Shown: one piece after another, positions 6,974 to 16,563 of the stretch
Position numbering within the stretch: the stretch's first letter is position 1
How the letters are laid out: each line of letters opens with the position of its first letter
From: Thermoplasmata archaeon
GTDB lineage: Archaea; Thermoplasmatota; E2; UBA202; JdFR-43
Direction: 5' to 3'
Length of the DNA: 29,003 bases
NCBI GenBank assembly: GCA_021158865.1
Contig: JAGGSX010000122.1
Coordinates: 1-29,003 of the forward strand
Made by a program: the position numbers and the translations under genes
Notes under the pieces: model-generated
The model's database searches: none
Seen by the model: the letters and a program-made list of their open reading frames with translations, nothing else
What the model was told of the DNA's origin: nothing

Positions 6974-8728
6974 CTATTGCTTTATCAATTCTTTAAATTC
7001 CTTTTCCATGTTTTTCTCTATGCTTTCAAATTTCTCCTCCCATTCCTCATTTGGAATTGTAGCCATTCTTGCTATTGCTTCGCTACTCTTCAATTCTTTT
7101 AATTTTTCAAAAGGAACTTTTTCAATGGCTTCTTTCATTAAATGATAAAACTTTATCATTATGCGAAGCATTTCATATTGTTTTTTGTATGGACAAAAAG
7201 TATCGACTTCATGATATGCATTTTGCTGAAGAAAATCTTCTCTTATAACACGTGCTCCTTCTAAAATAACTCTATCAGCTGGCGGCAGAGCATCTGGACC
7301 AACAAGACGTATGATTTCCTGTAATTCTTCTTCTTTCTGAAGCAAAGCCATTGCTTCATTTCTCAATTTAAGCCAGTCCTTACCGACATTTTCTTCCCAC
7401 CACTCTTTTACCCTCTCTAAATATAAAGAATATGAACGAAGCCAATTAACGGAAGGAAAATGTCTTCTATCTGCCAAATCAGAATCAAGAGCCCAGAATA
7501 CTTTCACAATGCGCAATGTATTTTGTGTAACTGGTTCTGAAAAATCTCCGCCAGGAGGGGAAACAGCCCCTATAACTGATATGCTTCCTTCTCTTTTACC
7601 GCTTGATAAAACAACCACTCTCCCCGACCTTTCATAAAACTGGGCAAGACGGGATGCAAGATATGCTGGATAACCTTCTTCACCGGGCATTTCTTCAAGT
7701 CTTCCAGAAATTTCTCTTAAAGCTTCAGCCCATCTACTTGTTGAATCTGCCATCAAAGCAACGCTATAACCCATGTCGCGATAATATTCTGCCAATGTAA
7801 TACCAGTATATATTGAAGCTTCTCTTGCAGCAACAGGCATGTTTGATGTGTTTGCTATTAATATTGTTCTTTCCATTAAAGGATGCCCTGTTTTAGGGTC
7901 TTTCAATTTTGGAAAATCACGCAGAACTTCTGTCATTTCATTTCCACGCTCCCCACATCCGATATAAATAACAATGTCGGCATCGCTCCATCTGGCGAGC
8001 TGATGTTGAGAAACAGTTTTTCCTGTTCCGAAGCCGCCGGGGATAGCTGCCGTGCCTCCTTTGGCGATTGGGAAAAATGTATCAAATACACGCTGCCCTG
8101 TTATTAAAGGCAAAATTGGCGGCAATTTTTCTTTATATGGACGAGCCTGCCTGACTGGCCATTTCTGAAGCATTTTTATCTCTTCTTCTTTTCCATTTAC
8201 CTTCACCATAGCAATTGTATCCTCAATTGTGAATTTTCCTTCCTCAATACTTGTAATAACTCCTTTTTCAATTTCTAATGGCAACATAACACGATGCTCT
8301 GCTATTGGTGTTTCTTTAACAACTCCCAAAATATCTCCACGAGTAACTTTATCATTTTTCTTTACTGAAGGAACAAATTCCCATTTTTTCTTTCTATCTA
8401 TCGGATATGCTTCAACACCACGCGTAATAAAATCACCGGTCTTTTTCATTATATCTGGCAATGGGCGTTGAATTCCATCATATATTGATGTTAGCAACCC
8501 CGGAGCAAGCTCAACGGCAAGAGGCATTCCTGTATTTATGACATCATCTCCAGGCTTAAGTCCTGTTGTATCTTCATAAACCTGTATTGTAGCTCTATCC
8601 TCTTTCAATTCTATTATTTCTCCTATGAGCTTTTCTTCCCCGACTTTGACAAGGTCATACATCTTTGCTCCTTTCATTCCCTTTGCCTTGACAACCGGCC
8701 CAGCAACATTAATTATTTTTCCTTTCAT
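6974..8728 (-). CDS. atpA: A-type ATP synthase subunit A
   Basis: Walker [44 protein letters not shown] and [12 protein letters not shown]. Start moved to MKGKII (8728) because GGGGAG SD precedes it and atpF stops at 8730. Confidence 0.97.
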   Translation of the reverse strand: MKGKIINVAGPVVKAKGMKGAKMYDLVKVGEEKLIGEIIELKEDRATIQVYEDTTGLKPGDDVINTGMPLAVELAPGLLTSIYDGIQRPLPDIMKKTGDFITRGVEAYPIDRKKKWEFVPSVKKNDKVTRGDILGVVKETPIAEHRVMLPLEIEKGVITSIEEGKFTIEDTIAMVKVNGKEEEIKMLQKWPVRQARPYKEKLPPILPLITGQRVFDTFFPIAKGGTAAIPGGFGTGKTVSQHQLARWSDADIVIYIGCGERGNEMTEVLRDFPKLKDPKTGHPLMERTILIANTSNMPVAAREASIYTGITLAEYYRDMGYSVALMADSTSRWAEALREISGRLEEMPGEEGYPAYLASRLAQFYERSGRVVVLSSGKREGSISVIGAVSPPGGDFSEPVTQNTLRIVKVFWALDSDLADRRHFPSVNWLRSYSLYLERVKEWWEENVGKDWLKLRNEAMALLQKEEELQEIIRLVGPDALPPADRVILEGARVIREDFLQQNAYHEVDTFCPYKKQYEMLRIMIKFYHLMKEAIEKVPFEKLKELKSSEAIARMATIPNEEWEEKFESIEKNMEKEFKELIKQ

Positions 8729-8729
8729 T

Positions 8730-9038
8730 TTACTCCCCTGCATCAACTCCTACTGCCCTAATAATAAATTTCCTTATAATTTCTTTTCTCTCTTTTATCT
8801 TCCCTTTCTTATCTGGAATCTCAACTATGATTGGTTTATCATTTAAAAGCATGAACGAGAGAATTTTATCTCTAATTTTTTCGGCATATTTCTCATTTAT
8901 CACCAAAATCTCAACTTCTTCATTTTTAACTAATTCATCAAACTGCCTTGAAACATCATCAGCCACAACACAATGGCTGGCTCCAGCAAGGCGCAGCAGG
9001 GCAACAGTATCTTCGTCTCCTATACATGCAATTTTCAT
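8730..9038 (-). CDS. atpF: A-type ATP synthase subunit F
   Basis: [19 protein letters not shown] and PIIVEIP motifs; 102 aa; operon position. Confidence 0.93.
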   Translation of the reverse strand: MKIACIGDEDTVALLRLAGASHCVVADDVSRQFDELVKNEEVEILVINEKYAEKIRDKILSFMLLNDKPIIVEIPDKKGKIKERKEIIRKFIIRAVGVDAGE

Positions 9039-10033
9039 TCAACCACCACCAATTGCATCGCCAGAGATGGCATATTTTCTTCTATTGCCTTTGCAACAAT
9101 CTTCAAATTTCTTGCTTCCATCTCTTTTTCAAATATAAATCTTATACCAGGTCCCAAAGCAAGAGGGTTTTCATTCGCTATTTCTCTCGAAACTTTTAGC
9201 AAATGCTTATCCAAAGCTCTTTCAAATGCTATCACCCCTTCTCTTTCAAAATCAGCTATTGCATTCCTCAGGCATGAAAAATATGATGTTCCTTCAAGTA
9301 TAGAAACAATTTCGCTTATTGAATCTATTTTCATTAATTCCTGTAATTTCCATATCGGCAATTCCCATCCTTCGCCATATAAGTATATGGGCAAATCATA
9401 ATATTTTCCTCTCAATATTGCTTTTAAATTTAAAAGGTCAATCAGAGTTTTTGCAAATCTATCCCTTGCCTTTATACATGATGATGGCAATTTAACTTCA
9501 ATCAAAAATTTTACAGCCTGCTTTTCAATGTCTCTTTCCACTTCTTCAATTGGTTTGTTTATATCTATATTCCATCCATATTCCTTAAAAATTAAATTAA
9601 TTTCTTCTTTTTCAGCCATTTTAATTTTATTAATCATTTCTTTTGTTTTTTCTAAAAATGCATTATTTTCTATTTCCTTTCCTTCAATAATGGCTCTTAC
9701 AGCATTTTTAATTGTATAACTATCAATTTTTTTTATATAAGCGTTGTAAAATTCTTTTACTTTTTTTGGAGAATCATCCCTTGCCATTTTTATTATTTTT
9801 ATAAGGCTTTCATCAATACTTTTCTGCAATTCATCCGCATTTTCTCCTTTTAGAATAAAATCCCTGCTAACTACATTATTTTTAAAATCTTCTATACTAC
9901 CGGATTCAAGTAACCTCGAAATTTCTTTTTCTTTTATAAAAGTGTTCGGTATGGCACTAAATTTTGCATTTGAATATGAAAATTTTGATGTTATAAATGG
10001 AATTCCTATCTCAAATATTTCAATCATTTCCAT
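9035..10033 (-). CDS. atpC: A-type ATP synthase subunit C
   Basis: 332 aa helical protein with DLLNLKAILRG, LEGTSY and KEMEARNLKIVAKAI motifs; lies between E and F. Confidence 0.9.
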   Translation of the reverse strand: MEMIEIFEIGIPFITSKFSYSNAKFSAIPNTFIKEKEISRLLESGSIEDFKNNVVSRDFILKGENADELQKSIDESLIKIIKMARDDSPKKVKEFYNAYIKKIDSYTIKNAVRAIIEGKEIENNAFLEKTKEMINKIKMAEKEEINLIFKEYGWNIDINKPIEEVERDIEKQAVKFLIEVKLPSSCIKARDRFAKTLIDLLNLKAILRGKYYDLPIYLYGEGWELPIWKLQELMKIDSISEIVSILEGTSYFSCLRNAIADFEREGVIAFERALDKHLLKVSREIANENPLALGPGIRFIFEKEMEARNLKIVAKAIEENMPSLAMQLVVVE

Positions 10034-10581
10034 AGTTTCTCCGCAATTTTGATTCTGATTTCTTCTTTTTTCCTTTCTAAAAGAAAATCAAAAGTTGCAT
10101 CAATTTCTTTACTGCCATCTTTGCTTTTTATTACAACCCCACCTATAGCGTTGATTTTTCCTTTTACCTCAATTCCAATTTTTTTTGCTATTTTTTCATC
10201 ATCTTTTCTGGAAGCCAAAATATAGCAATTTCCCAACTCTTTCTTTGCTTCTTTTATTGATTTTTTAACAAAATTTTCATATTTTTTCCCCTTCAAATTT
10301 TTAAGTTCTTTTTTCACTTTATCAATGCATTCTTGAATAGCTATTTCCTTGGCTTCTATTACATGCTTATTTGCTTTTCTCCTCGCCATCGCAAGAGTTT
10401 TTCCTTTGACAACACTTGCCTGCTTTTTTCCATCCTCTTCTATTTTCTTTGCTTCTTTCTTTGCTTCTTTCTTTGCTTCATCTACAATTTTTTTTGCTTC
10501 TTTTTTTGCATCATTTATGATTCCATCTATCTCTCTATCAGCCTGATTTTTTATCTCCTGAATTAAATCCTGCATTGCCAT
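10024..10581 (-). CDS. atpE: A-type ATP synthase subunit E
   Basis: N-terminal coiled coil and C-terminal IGGVVIKSKDGSKEIDATFD. Start trimmed to MAMQDL (10581), just after the atpK stop at 10589. Confidence 0.92.
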   Translation of the reverse strand: MAMQDLIQEIKNQADREIDGIINDAKKEAKKIVDEAKKEAKKEAKKIEEDGKKQASVVKGKTLAMARRKANKHVIEAKEIAIQECIDKVKKELKNLKGKKYENFVKKSIKEAKKELGNCYILASRKDDEKIAKKIGIEVKGKINAIGGVVIKSKDGSKEIDATFDFLLERKKEEIRIKIAEKLWK

Positions 10582-10588
10582 TATATTC

Positions 10589-11146
10589 CTACAGCAAGCC
10601 CAATCCACTCATCAACAATATAGCAACAAGCAAGCCAAATATTGCTATTGTTTCTGGCATAACTGTGAATATGATTCCACGGGCGGCAACTTCAGGATTT
10701 CTTCCTACAGATGCTATGGAGGCAGAAGCTATTGTTCCTTGATTTATAGCTGATAATCCAGTAAGCCCAACTGTTATTCCAATCCATATTGTAGCCATTC
10801 CAATCCAAGGAGTTAGAGTTACTTTGGCTGCTCCTCCAAGCAAGCCAGCACCCATCATGAGCAATATTGCAGTAAGCAATCCATATACAGATTGAGTCAT
10901 AGGCAAAACTTGCAGAACAAGCAGACGACCAAACAATTCTGGTTTTTCAGCTGTCACAGCAACAGCAGAACTTCCTGCTATAGCAAGTCCTATTGCCGAA
11001 CCAATTCCTGCTATTGCAACAGCAAACATACATCCCATGACAACATTTGCTTTAACATCTCCCTCGCTTTCTGCCGCTGAAGCAAACGGCATAGCCATCA
11101 GGAATGCTATCCCAAGCCATATAGCCAATATTTTCCATTTTCTCAT
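10589..11146 (-). CDS. atpK: ATP synthase proteolipid subunit K/c, duplicated four-helix type with N-terminal leader, Na+-site signature
   Basis: Two hairpins: LPMTQSVY, then NQG and MPETIAIFG; signal-like first ~25 aa; GGAGG SD upstream. Confidence 0.94.
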   Translation of the reverse strand: MRKWKILAIWLGIAFLMAMPFASAAESEGDVKANVVMGCMFAVAIAGIGSAIGLAIAGSSAVAVTAEKPELFGRLLVLQVLPMTQSVYGLLTAILLMMGAGLLGGAAKVTLTPWIGMATIWIGITVGLTGLSAINQGTIASASIASVGRNPEVAARGIIFTVMPETIAIFGLLVAILLMSGLGLL

Positions 11147-13086
11147 TTTACCTCCTCCGTATATTTTCTGGAAATTGAAAATGGTTTAAATCTTTTTCCT
11201 CCTCCTTCATAAAAACGGTTGAAAAACTCAACATATTGCAAGCGGAGAGCGTGAATTGCTGCTCCTAAGGACTGAATCAACAAGTTTGCAATATGGGTTA
11301 TTACAAGCAGAATGGGAGCAAGAATGATGCCGATATATGGTATGATTGTTGGCAACAATTGTGAAACAATATTGAAAGCAAGAGCCATTCCAGCTGTTGC
11401 AAGTCCTAAAGCAAGCAAACGAGCATAAGAAAGCCAATCTCCAATATAGCCAGTCAAATCAAAAAAGCCTAAAGCACCACCTTCTTTGAAAAGAAATATT
11501 AATCCAATGATAGTAAGCAATCCAGCAAAAATTTTTTCTGCAATACCGAGGTTCCATAAATTCAGTAAGAATTGCCCAATAAGCATGCCGCCGCCGATTT
11601 GCAGTAAAAACCATGGAATCTGCTGCTCAAATATTTTTTTTATATGCTTTCTTTTCCAGTTCTGATATGCTCCCAGCATAAAGCCTGTATTGAGATGAAT
11701 TAAACCAAGAAAAAGAGCTATTGCAAGTATGATAACAGGCTTGTGAATTGCATCTATTGGTAAAGATATGCCGGCAATAGAAATATTATATAGCTCTTTA
11801 TTAGGATTATTATATACAAAACGAGGAATAAAATCACCAAAAAATCCATTGAAAAGGAAACCAGTGCATAAATTTCCCAAGCCGAGCCATATCCCAACAA
11901 AAGACCATTTCTTCAATGATTTTCTCTTAAATTTTAAATAAGCGACCAACGAAAGCAATAATATGATAAGCCCGTAGCCGGCGTCTCCAAGCATGAAAGA
12001 GAAAAAGATTATGAAGGATATACCAATAAATATGGTTGGATTTACTTCATCATATTTCGGCAATGAAAATAGTCCAAGAAATGTTTCAAATGGTTTAGCC
12101 CATCTTGGATTTTTTAAATATATTGGAGCGTCTTCACTTCTATTAACTTTTTTGAAATGAAATGAACATTTTTTATTTGTAGCATTTTCAACAATTTTTT
12201 TCAACTTATTAACATTCTCAGTCAATGACCATCCTTCTATAATAAATGTGAATTCGCTCTCAGCAAAATTCTGCTGTATTTCCTTCTCTTTTTTTTCTAT
12301 TCCAATTTCCTCTTTTGCAGCAAGCAATTCTATTTTTTTATTTTTATAAATTTTTCTCATTTCATTTATTATTTCTTTTTTCTTTGCTTCTATGTCTTCA
12401 ATTTTTTTCTTTATATTTCTTATCAAATCAATTGCTCTTCCTTTTCCTTCAACAAAAATTTCTTCCATTTTTAATTTTGAAATTTCCTTCTCCATATAAG
12501 AAGGAGCAACAACAAGAAAAGCCCATTTGTCCTTTTCATTTTCAAGCGGTTTTTTATAAACCTGAATTTTATCAGAAATTTCCAAATCTTTTGATGATAT
12601 TCCAAATTTGATTATGGAATATTTTGATTTTCCAAGCCATGAGATATCGATATCAAAAATTGATAAATACTCTAATTTTTCGAGTTTTGAAATCAAAGAT
12701 TCTTTTTCTTCCTCTAATTTTTCGATTTCATTCTGCTTTGAAATAATTTCTTCTTCTACTTCATTTAAAATTTTTTTAACATCCTCAACCTTTTCATCAA
12801 AGCTTTTCTTCTTCACCTTTATTTTTTTGATTTCTTCTTCTTTTAGCATATCCCATAATTTCTTCTTTTTTTCATAGGATTTTAAAATTTCTATTATTCT
12901 CGCAAGCCTCAATTCATAATTTGCACATATCTCAACCAAAGGATTAATCCTGCTTTCTTTCAATTCCTCTATCCTTGCTTTTTCTATCTGCATAAGCCCA
13001 TTTTCATGCAATTTTTTTATAAGGTTATCACTATCTTTTTTGTGCAAAAGAATTGTAATTTTACTCATTTCTTGCGGAAGCAACAT
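11143..13086 (-). CDS. atpI: A-type ATP synthase subunit I
   Basis: Soluble N-terminal half; PKYDEVNPT, GDAGYG, DWLSYARLLALGLAT and HALRLQYVEFFNRFYEGGG motifs. Confidence 0.96.
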   Translation of the reverse strand: MLLPQEMSKITILLHKKDSDNLIKKLHENGLMQIEKARIEELKESRINPLVEICANYELRLARIIEILKSYEKKKKLWDMLKEEEIKKIKVKKKSFDEKVEDVKKILNEVEEEIISKQNEIEKLEEEKESLISKLEKLEYLSIFDIDISWLGKSKYSIIKFGISSKDLEISDKIQVYKKPLENEKDKWAFLVVAPSYMEKEISKLKMEEIFVEGKGRAIDLIRNIKKKIEDIEAKKKEIINEMRKIYKNKKIELLAAKEEIGIEKKEKEIQQNFAESEFTFIIEGWSLTENVNKLKKIVENATNKKCSFHFKKVNRSEDAPIYLKNPRWAKPFETFLGLFSLPKYDEVNPTIFIGISFIIFFSFMLGDAGYGLIILLLSLVAYLKFKRKSLKKWSFVGIWLGLGNLCTGFLFNGFFGDFIPRFVYNNPNKELYNISIAGISLPIDAIHKPVIILAIALFLGLIHLNTGFMLGAYQNWKRKHIKKIFEQQIPWFLLQIGGGMLIGQFLLNLWNLGIAEKIFAGLLTIIGLIFLFKEGGALGFFDLTGYIGDWLSYARLLALGLATAGMALAFNIVSQLLPTIIPYIGIILAPILLVITHIANLLIQSLGAAIHALRLQYVEFFNRFYEGGGKRFKPFSISRKYTEEVK

Positions 13087-13092
13087 TTTGAT

Positions 13093-13401
13093 TCAGCTTA
13101 TAATATATTCAACAATCTGTGTTGCAATTTCATTTATCTTATTTTTTGCTTCCTCACGCAGCATTGAAGCTTTTTTCTTTCCGTCCTCTTCTATTTTTTT
13201 TGCTTCTTTTTTTGCTTCATTTCTAACATTTTCAATAAATTCATCTGCTTTTTTCCTTGCATTTTCTATTATTTTCTCTGCTTCTTTTTTTGCATTCTCA
13301 TTAGCTTCCTTTATTATCTCCTCTGCCTTTTTCTCTGCCTTTTTTATGTTTTCCATTGCTTCTTTTTCTGTATCTTTCAAAATCCTTATTTCTTCAATCA
13401 T
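13093..13401 (-). CDS. atpH: A-type ATP synthase subunit H (G)
   Basis: About 100 aa E/K/A coiled coil directly upstream of atpI; start trimmed to MIEEIR (13401) to fit the promoter spacing. Confidence 0.85.
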   Translation of the reverse strand: MIEEIRILKDTEKEAMENIKKAEKKAEEIIKEANENAKKEAEKIIENARKKADEFIENVRNEAKKEAKKIEEDGKKKASMLREEAKNKINEIATQIVEYIIS

Positions 13402-13423
13402 TTTGTAGGGATAAAGAAAAAAT

Positions 13424-13440
13424 TGTTTAAAATCTTTTGG
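13424..13440 (-). promoter_or_regulatory. BRE and TATA box for the ATP synthase operon
   Basis: CCAAAAGA-T-TTTAAACA; the TATA box starts 30 nt before the ATG at 13401. Confidence 0.5.
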
Positions 13441-13488
13441 GGTCATTTTCTGCAGTAATAAATAATATATCAGAAATTTATTTACATC

Positions 13489-14034
13489 ATGGAAATAATA
13501 GTTGCAATAACAGGTGCTTCTGGGGCTATATATGGCTTACGCTTGATTGAAAAGTTAAAAAATGAAAATGTTTATCTTATTTTAAGTAATGAGGCAAAAA
13601 AGATAATAGGATATGAAACTTCCTATGACATAGAAAAAATTAAAGGAATGGTGAAAGAATATTACGAAGAAGAGCAAATGGAGAGCAAGCTGGCAAGTGG
13701 CTCATTTAATTGTGATGCAATGGTTATAGCGCCATGCAGTCTTAAAACAATGTCTGCTGTGGCAAATGGCTTTACATTTAATTTGATAGTGAGAGCGGCA
13801 ATATGCTGCTTGAAAGAGAATAAAAAGCTTATAATTGTTCCAAGGGAAACACCACTGGATGAAATATCTATAGAGAATATGCTAAAATTAAAAAAAGCGG
13901 GTGTTATAATACTTCCAGCAATGCCAGCATTTTATTATAGGCCCAGAAGTATAGATGATTTAGTCAATTATATCGTCGGGAAAATTATGAGCCAGTTAGG
14001 ATTAAAACACAACCTATATAGAAAATGGAAATAA
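13489..14034 (+). CDS. ubiX: Flavin prenyltransferase UbiX
   Basis: VAITGASGAIYG, LASGS, APCSLKT, PRETP and LPAMPAFY motifs. Confidence 0.95.
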   Translation: MEIIVAITGASGAIYGLRLIEKLKNENVYLILSNEAKKIIGYETSYDIEKIKGMVKEYYEEEQMESKLASGSFNCDAMVIAPCSLKTMSAVANGFTFNLIVRAAICCLKENKKLIIVPRETPLDEISIENMLKLKKAGVIILPAMPAFYYRPRSIDDLVNYIVGKIMSQLGLKHNLYRKWK

Positions 14035-14039
14035 TGAAA

Positions 14040-15134
14040 TCAAAGTTCTACTGGTGGCAATTCATTTCCATCAATTCCAGCAACCCAAGCTACGCTTCTC
14101 CTCACAATCCACCAGTTATATGATTGGGGTAAAAATTTTCTATCTCTCCACTGAAAAAGTCCCTTGAAAAATAAATGATTTGAATTTGTATCTATTTCGA
14201 AAATTTTTCCTCCCTCCCATACTGGATGTTCTGGATGGTTTCCAAATACTACAACAATGCCCTTTCCATATCTACCTTCCAATGCTGCTGGCCTGCCCGC
14301 AAGATGTGTTTTTATTATATCATCTGTCATATCCCAAGAATCAATGATACCAAATTTAAATCTCCATGCATGTATGGTTGTATTGGCATTATTAGATAAA
14401 TTTTGCAATGGATAGCGTGCAATTATTGTAACATTTTTGAATGGAATTAGAGCTGGACCGCCCACCCATCTTATTATCCTTTCATCATTACATCCATAAA
14501 AAATTGGATGATTTGTGTTTATCCAGCATTTATGACATACTCCAGTTCCATTTATAGAGAGATTATACCATATATATGCAGATTGTCCCAATCGGGAAGG
14601 ATTTTTCCATATTAGAGAGGAAGCAAATGGATCAGCCATATCTTGATAGGATTTAAATGGAAGGAGATGCAATGCCGATGCGTTCATGAAATACTCCCAT
14701 GCAGTCATTCGCTTCCATCCCCTCTCCTCTGCATTTAATAGCCCATAGCCGGCGAGGTTGGCGCCCCCACATGTGCCAAAATACCCTCCACCATTTCTAA
14801 CAAAATCCCTTATTTCATTTTTCCACAATGAAAGATTGCCATCGAAAATCCTCCAGAATTCTTTTCCTATGCCAGGAATAATGAGCGCATCGAAATTTTT
14901 TAATTCTCCATTACATATATCATAATCTGTTATCCATCTTACCTCAAATCTATAGCTTGTAGTTTTTGTTTGCCATGAGTATCCATTTAATATTTCCATC
15001 ATTTCCTTTGGAGATGTAAAACTTGGAATAGCGGAATTAAGAAGAGCAACTTTTATTGTAATGGTATTCTTTTCCATCATGCCTATAGATGAAAAATTTA
15101 TAATTAGAAACAGAAATATCAGGATTTTTTTCAT
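14040..15134 (-). CDS. Secreted class I glutamine amidotransferase-like (BPL-N-like) hydrolase
   Basis: Signal-like MKKILIFLFLIINFSSIG; LIIPGIG oxyanion strand; nucleophile elbow GTCGGA (Cys codon 14769-14771); GNHPE (14229-14237). Confidence 0.75.
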   Translation of the reverse strand: MKKILIFLFLIINFSSIGMMEKNTITIKVALLNSAIPSFTSPKEMMEILNGYSWQTKTTSYRFEVRWITDYDICNGELKNFDALIIPGIGKEFWRIFDGNLSLWKNEIRDFVRNGGGYFGTCGGANLAGYGLLNAEERGWKRMTAWEYFMNASALHLLPFKSYQDMADPFASSLIWKNPSRLGQSAYIWYNLSINGTGVCHKCWINTNHPIFYGCNDERIIRWVGGPALIPFKNVTIIARYPLQNLSNNANTTIHAWRFKFGIIDSWDMTDDIIKTHLAGRPAALEGRYGKGIVVVFGNHPEHPVWEGGKIFEIDTNSNHLFFKGLFQWRDRKFLPQSYNWWIVRRSVAWVAGIDGNELPPVEL

Positions 15135-15211
15135 ATTCCTGTATTCAATTTTTTATTAAATGCTTTTAGAAAAGTTTATAAATTAGCATTCGTTTCATTA
15201 ACGTTCAAAAT

Positions 15212-16522
15212 ATGAACGCTAAAAATATGAATAGAAAAATATTGTTAATCCAGCCCAGTAGCGATAGACATTTCAACAAAATTTTCGCAAAGTTATTCTT
15301 AATTCCATCTTTATCATTAGAGCAGGTTGCAGCATGCACCCCTCCCGAATATGAAGTCAAAATAATTGATGAGAGCTATGAGGAAATTGATTGGGATGGC
15401 AATTATAATTTGATTGGCATAACATCTTTTACAAAAGATGCTTTTCGTGCGTATGAAATTGCAGATGAATTTAGGAACTATGGCAAAAAAGTTGTATTAG
15501 GTGGCATACATCCAACTTTGTTGCCAAATGAAGCAAAAAGGCATGCTGATAGCGTTGTTATTGGTGAAGCCGAGGAAAGCTGGCCTACTTTATTGAAAGA
15601 TTTTGAAAAAGGAGAATTGAGACCATTTTATGAATGGAAAAGAAAAGTCCCACCAGAAAAAATCCCTCCAGCAAAAAGATATAATAAATTGATTGCTGGC
15701 GCCGTACAGGCGAGCAGAGGTTGCCCATATAGATGCAATTTTTGCCAGCTTACAGGATTAAAAGATACGATACATAGGAAAAGGCCCATAGAAGATGTTA
15801 TATATGAAATAAAGAATATGGATGAAAGAATATTATGGTTCCAAGATGCTTCTCTCACGATAAATCCAAAGTATACTAAAAAACTATTTAGGAAAATGAT
15901 TGAAGAAAGGTTAAATAAAAAATGGATTGCTTTTGGAAATGCAATTGTTCTTGGGAAAGATGATGAGCTGTTAAAACTGGCAAAAAAATCTGGCTGTATG
16001 GCATGGATGGTTGGGTTTGAAACAGTTTCTAAAAAAGATATAAGAAAAAATAAGGGCATAGATTTTTACAAGGTTGTTGAAAAAGTTGGGAAATATGGAA
16101 TGGGAGTATGGGCTTCATTTATTTTTGGATTTGACGAGGACAAGCCAGAAACATTTGATTACACTTATGATGAAATTTCGTCATGGGGAATTGAATCAGC
16201 TGAATTCAATATCCTTACTCCATTACCAAAGACGCCTCTATTTGAAAAACTGGAGAGAGAGGGAAGAATATTGACAAAGGACTGGAGTAAATATAATTTT
16301 GATAATGTTGTCTTTAAGCCAAAAAATATGACACCAATGGAATTAAAGCATGGCGTGGAGAAAATCTCGAGAAAATTTTATTCAATATCGGCTATCCTTA
16401 AAAGAATAATAAAGGTAAAAAATAAATCCAAAAATCCTCTTTCATTCTTATTCCGCATTTCGACAAATTTTGATTTGAGAATATTCCATAAAATGCGATT
16501 TACTTCGAGTGTGAATAAGTAA
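15212..16522 (+). CDS. Cobalamin-binding radical SAM protein (class B methyltransferase-like)
   Basis: N-terminal B12-binding fold (IGITSFT, VVLGGIHPT, VVIGEAE); SRGCPYRCNFC; FIFGFDED and LTPLPKTPL motifs. Confidence 0.9.
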   Translation: MNAKNMNRKILLIQPSSDRHFNKIFAKLFLIPSLSLEQVAACTPPEYEVKIIDESYEEIDWDGNYNLIGITSFTKDAFRAYEIADEFRNYGKKVVLGGIHPTLLPNEAKRHADSVVIGEAEESWPTLLKDFEKGELRPFYEWKRKVPPEKIPPAKRYNKLIAGAVQASRGCPYRCNFCQLTGLKDTIHRKRPIEDVIYEIKNMDERILWFQDASLTINPKYTKKLFRKMIEERLNKKWIAFGNAIVLGKDDELLKLAKKSGCMAWMVGFETVSKKDIRKNKGIDFYKVVEKVGKYGMGVWASFIFGFDEDKPETFDYTYDEISSWGIESAEFNILTPLPKTPLFEKLEREGRILTKDWSKYNFDNVVFKPKNMTPMELKHGVEKISRKFYSISAILKRIIKVKNKSKNPLSFLFRISTNFDLRIFHKMRFTSSVNK

Positions 16523-16563
16523 AATATATATATACGAAATTATTTAATTTTTGGAGGCATAAA

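Noticed and set aside
6831-7145. 104-aa plus-strand ORF
   Set aside because: Antisense to tRNA-Leu and the end of atpA; a shadow ORF.
8010-8045. Intein in AtpA after the Walker A motif, a known insertion site in Thermoplasma and Pyrococcus
   Set aside because: The sequence runs [12 protein letters not shown] without interruption and the protein is normal length.
13489-14034. ubiX without an adjacent ubiD as a novel system
   Set aside because: Unlinked ubiX is common in archaea, for example supplying prFMN to the modified mevalonate pathway decarboxylase; nothing unusual in the sequence.
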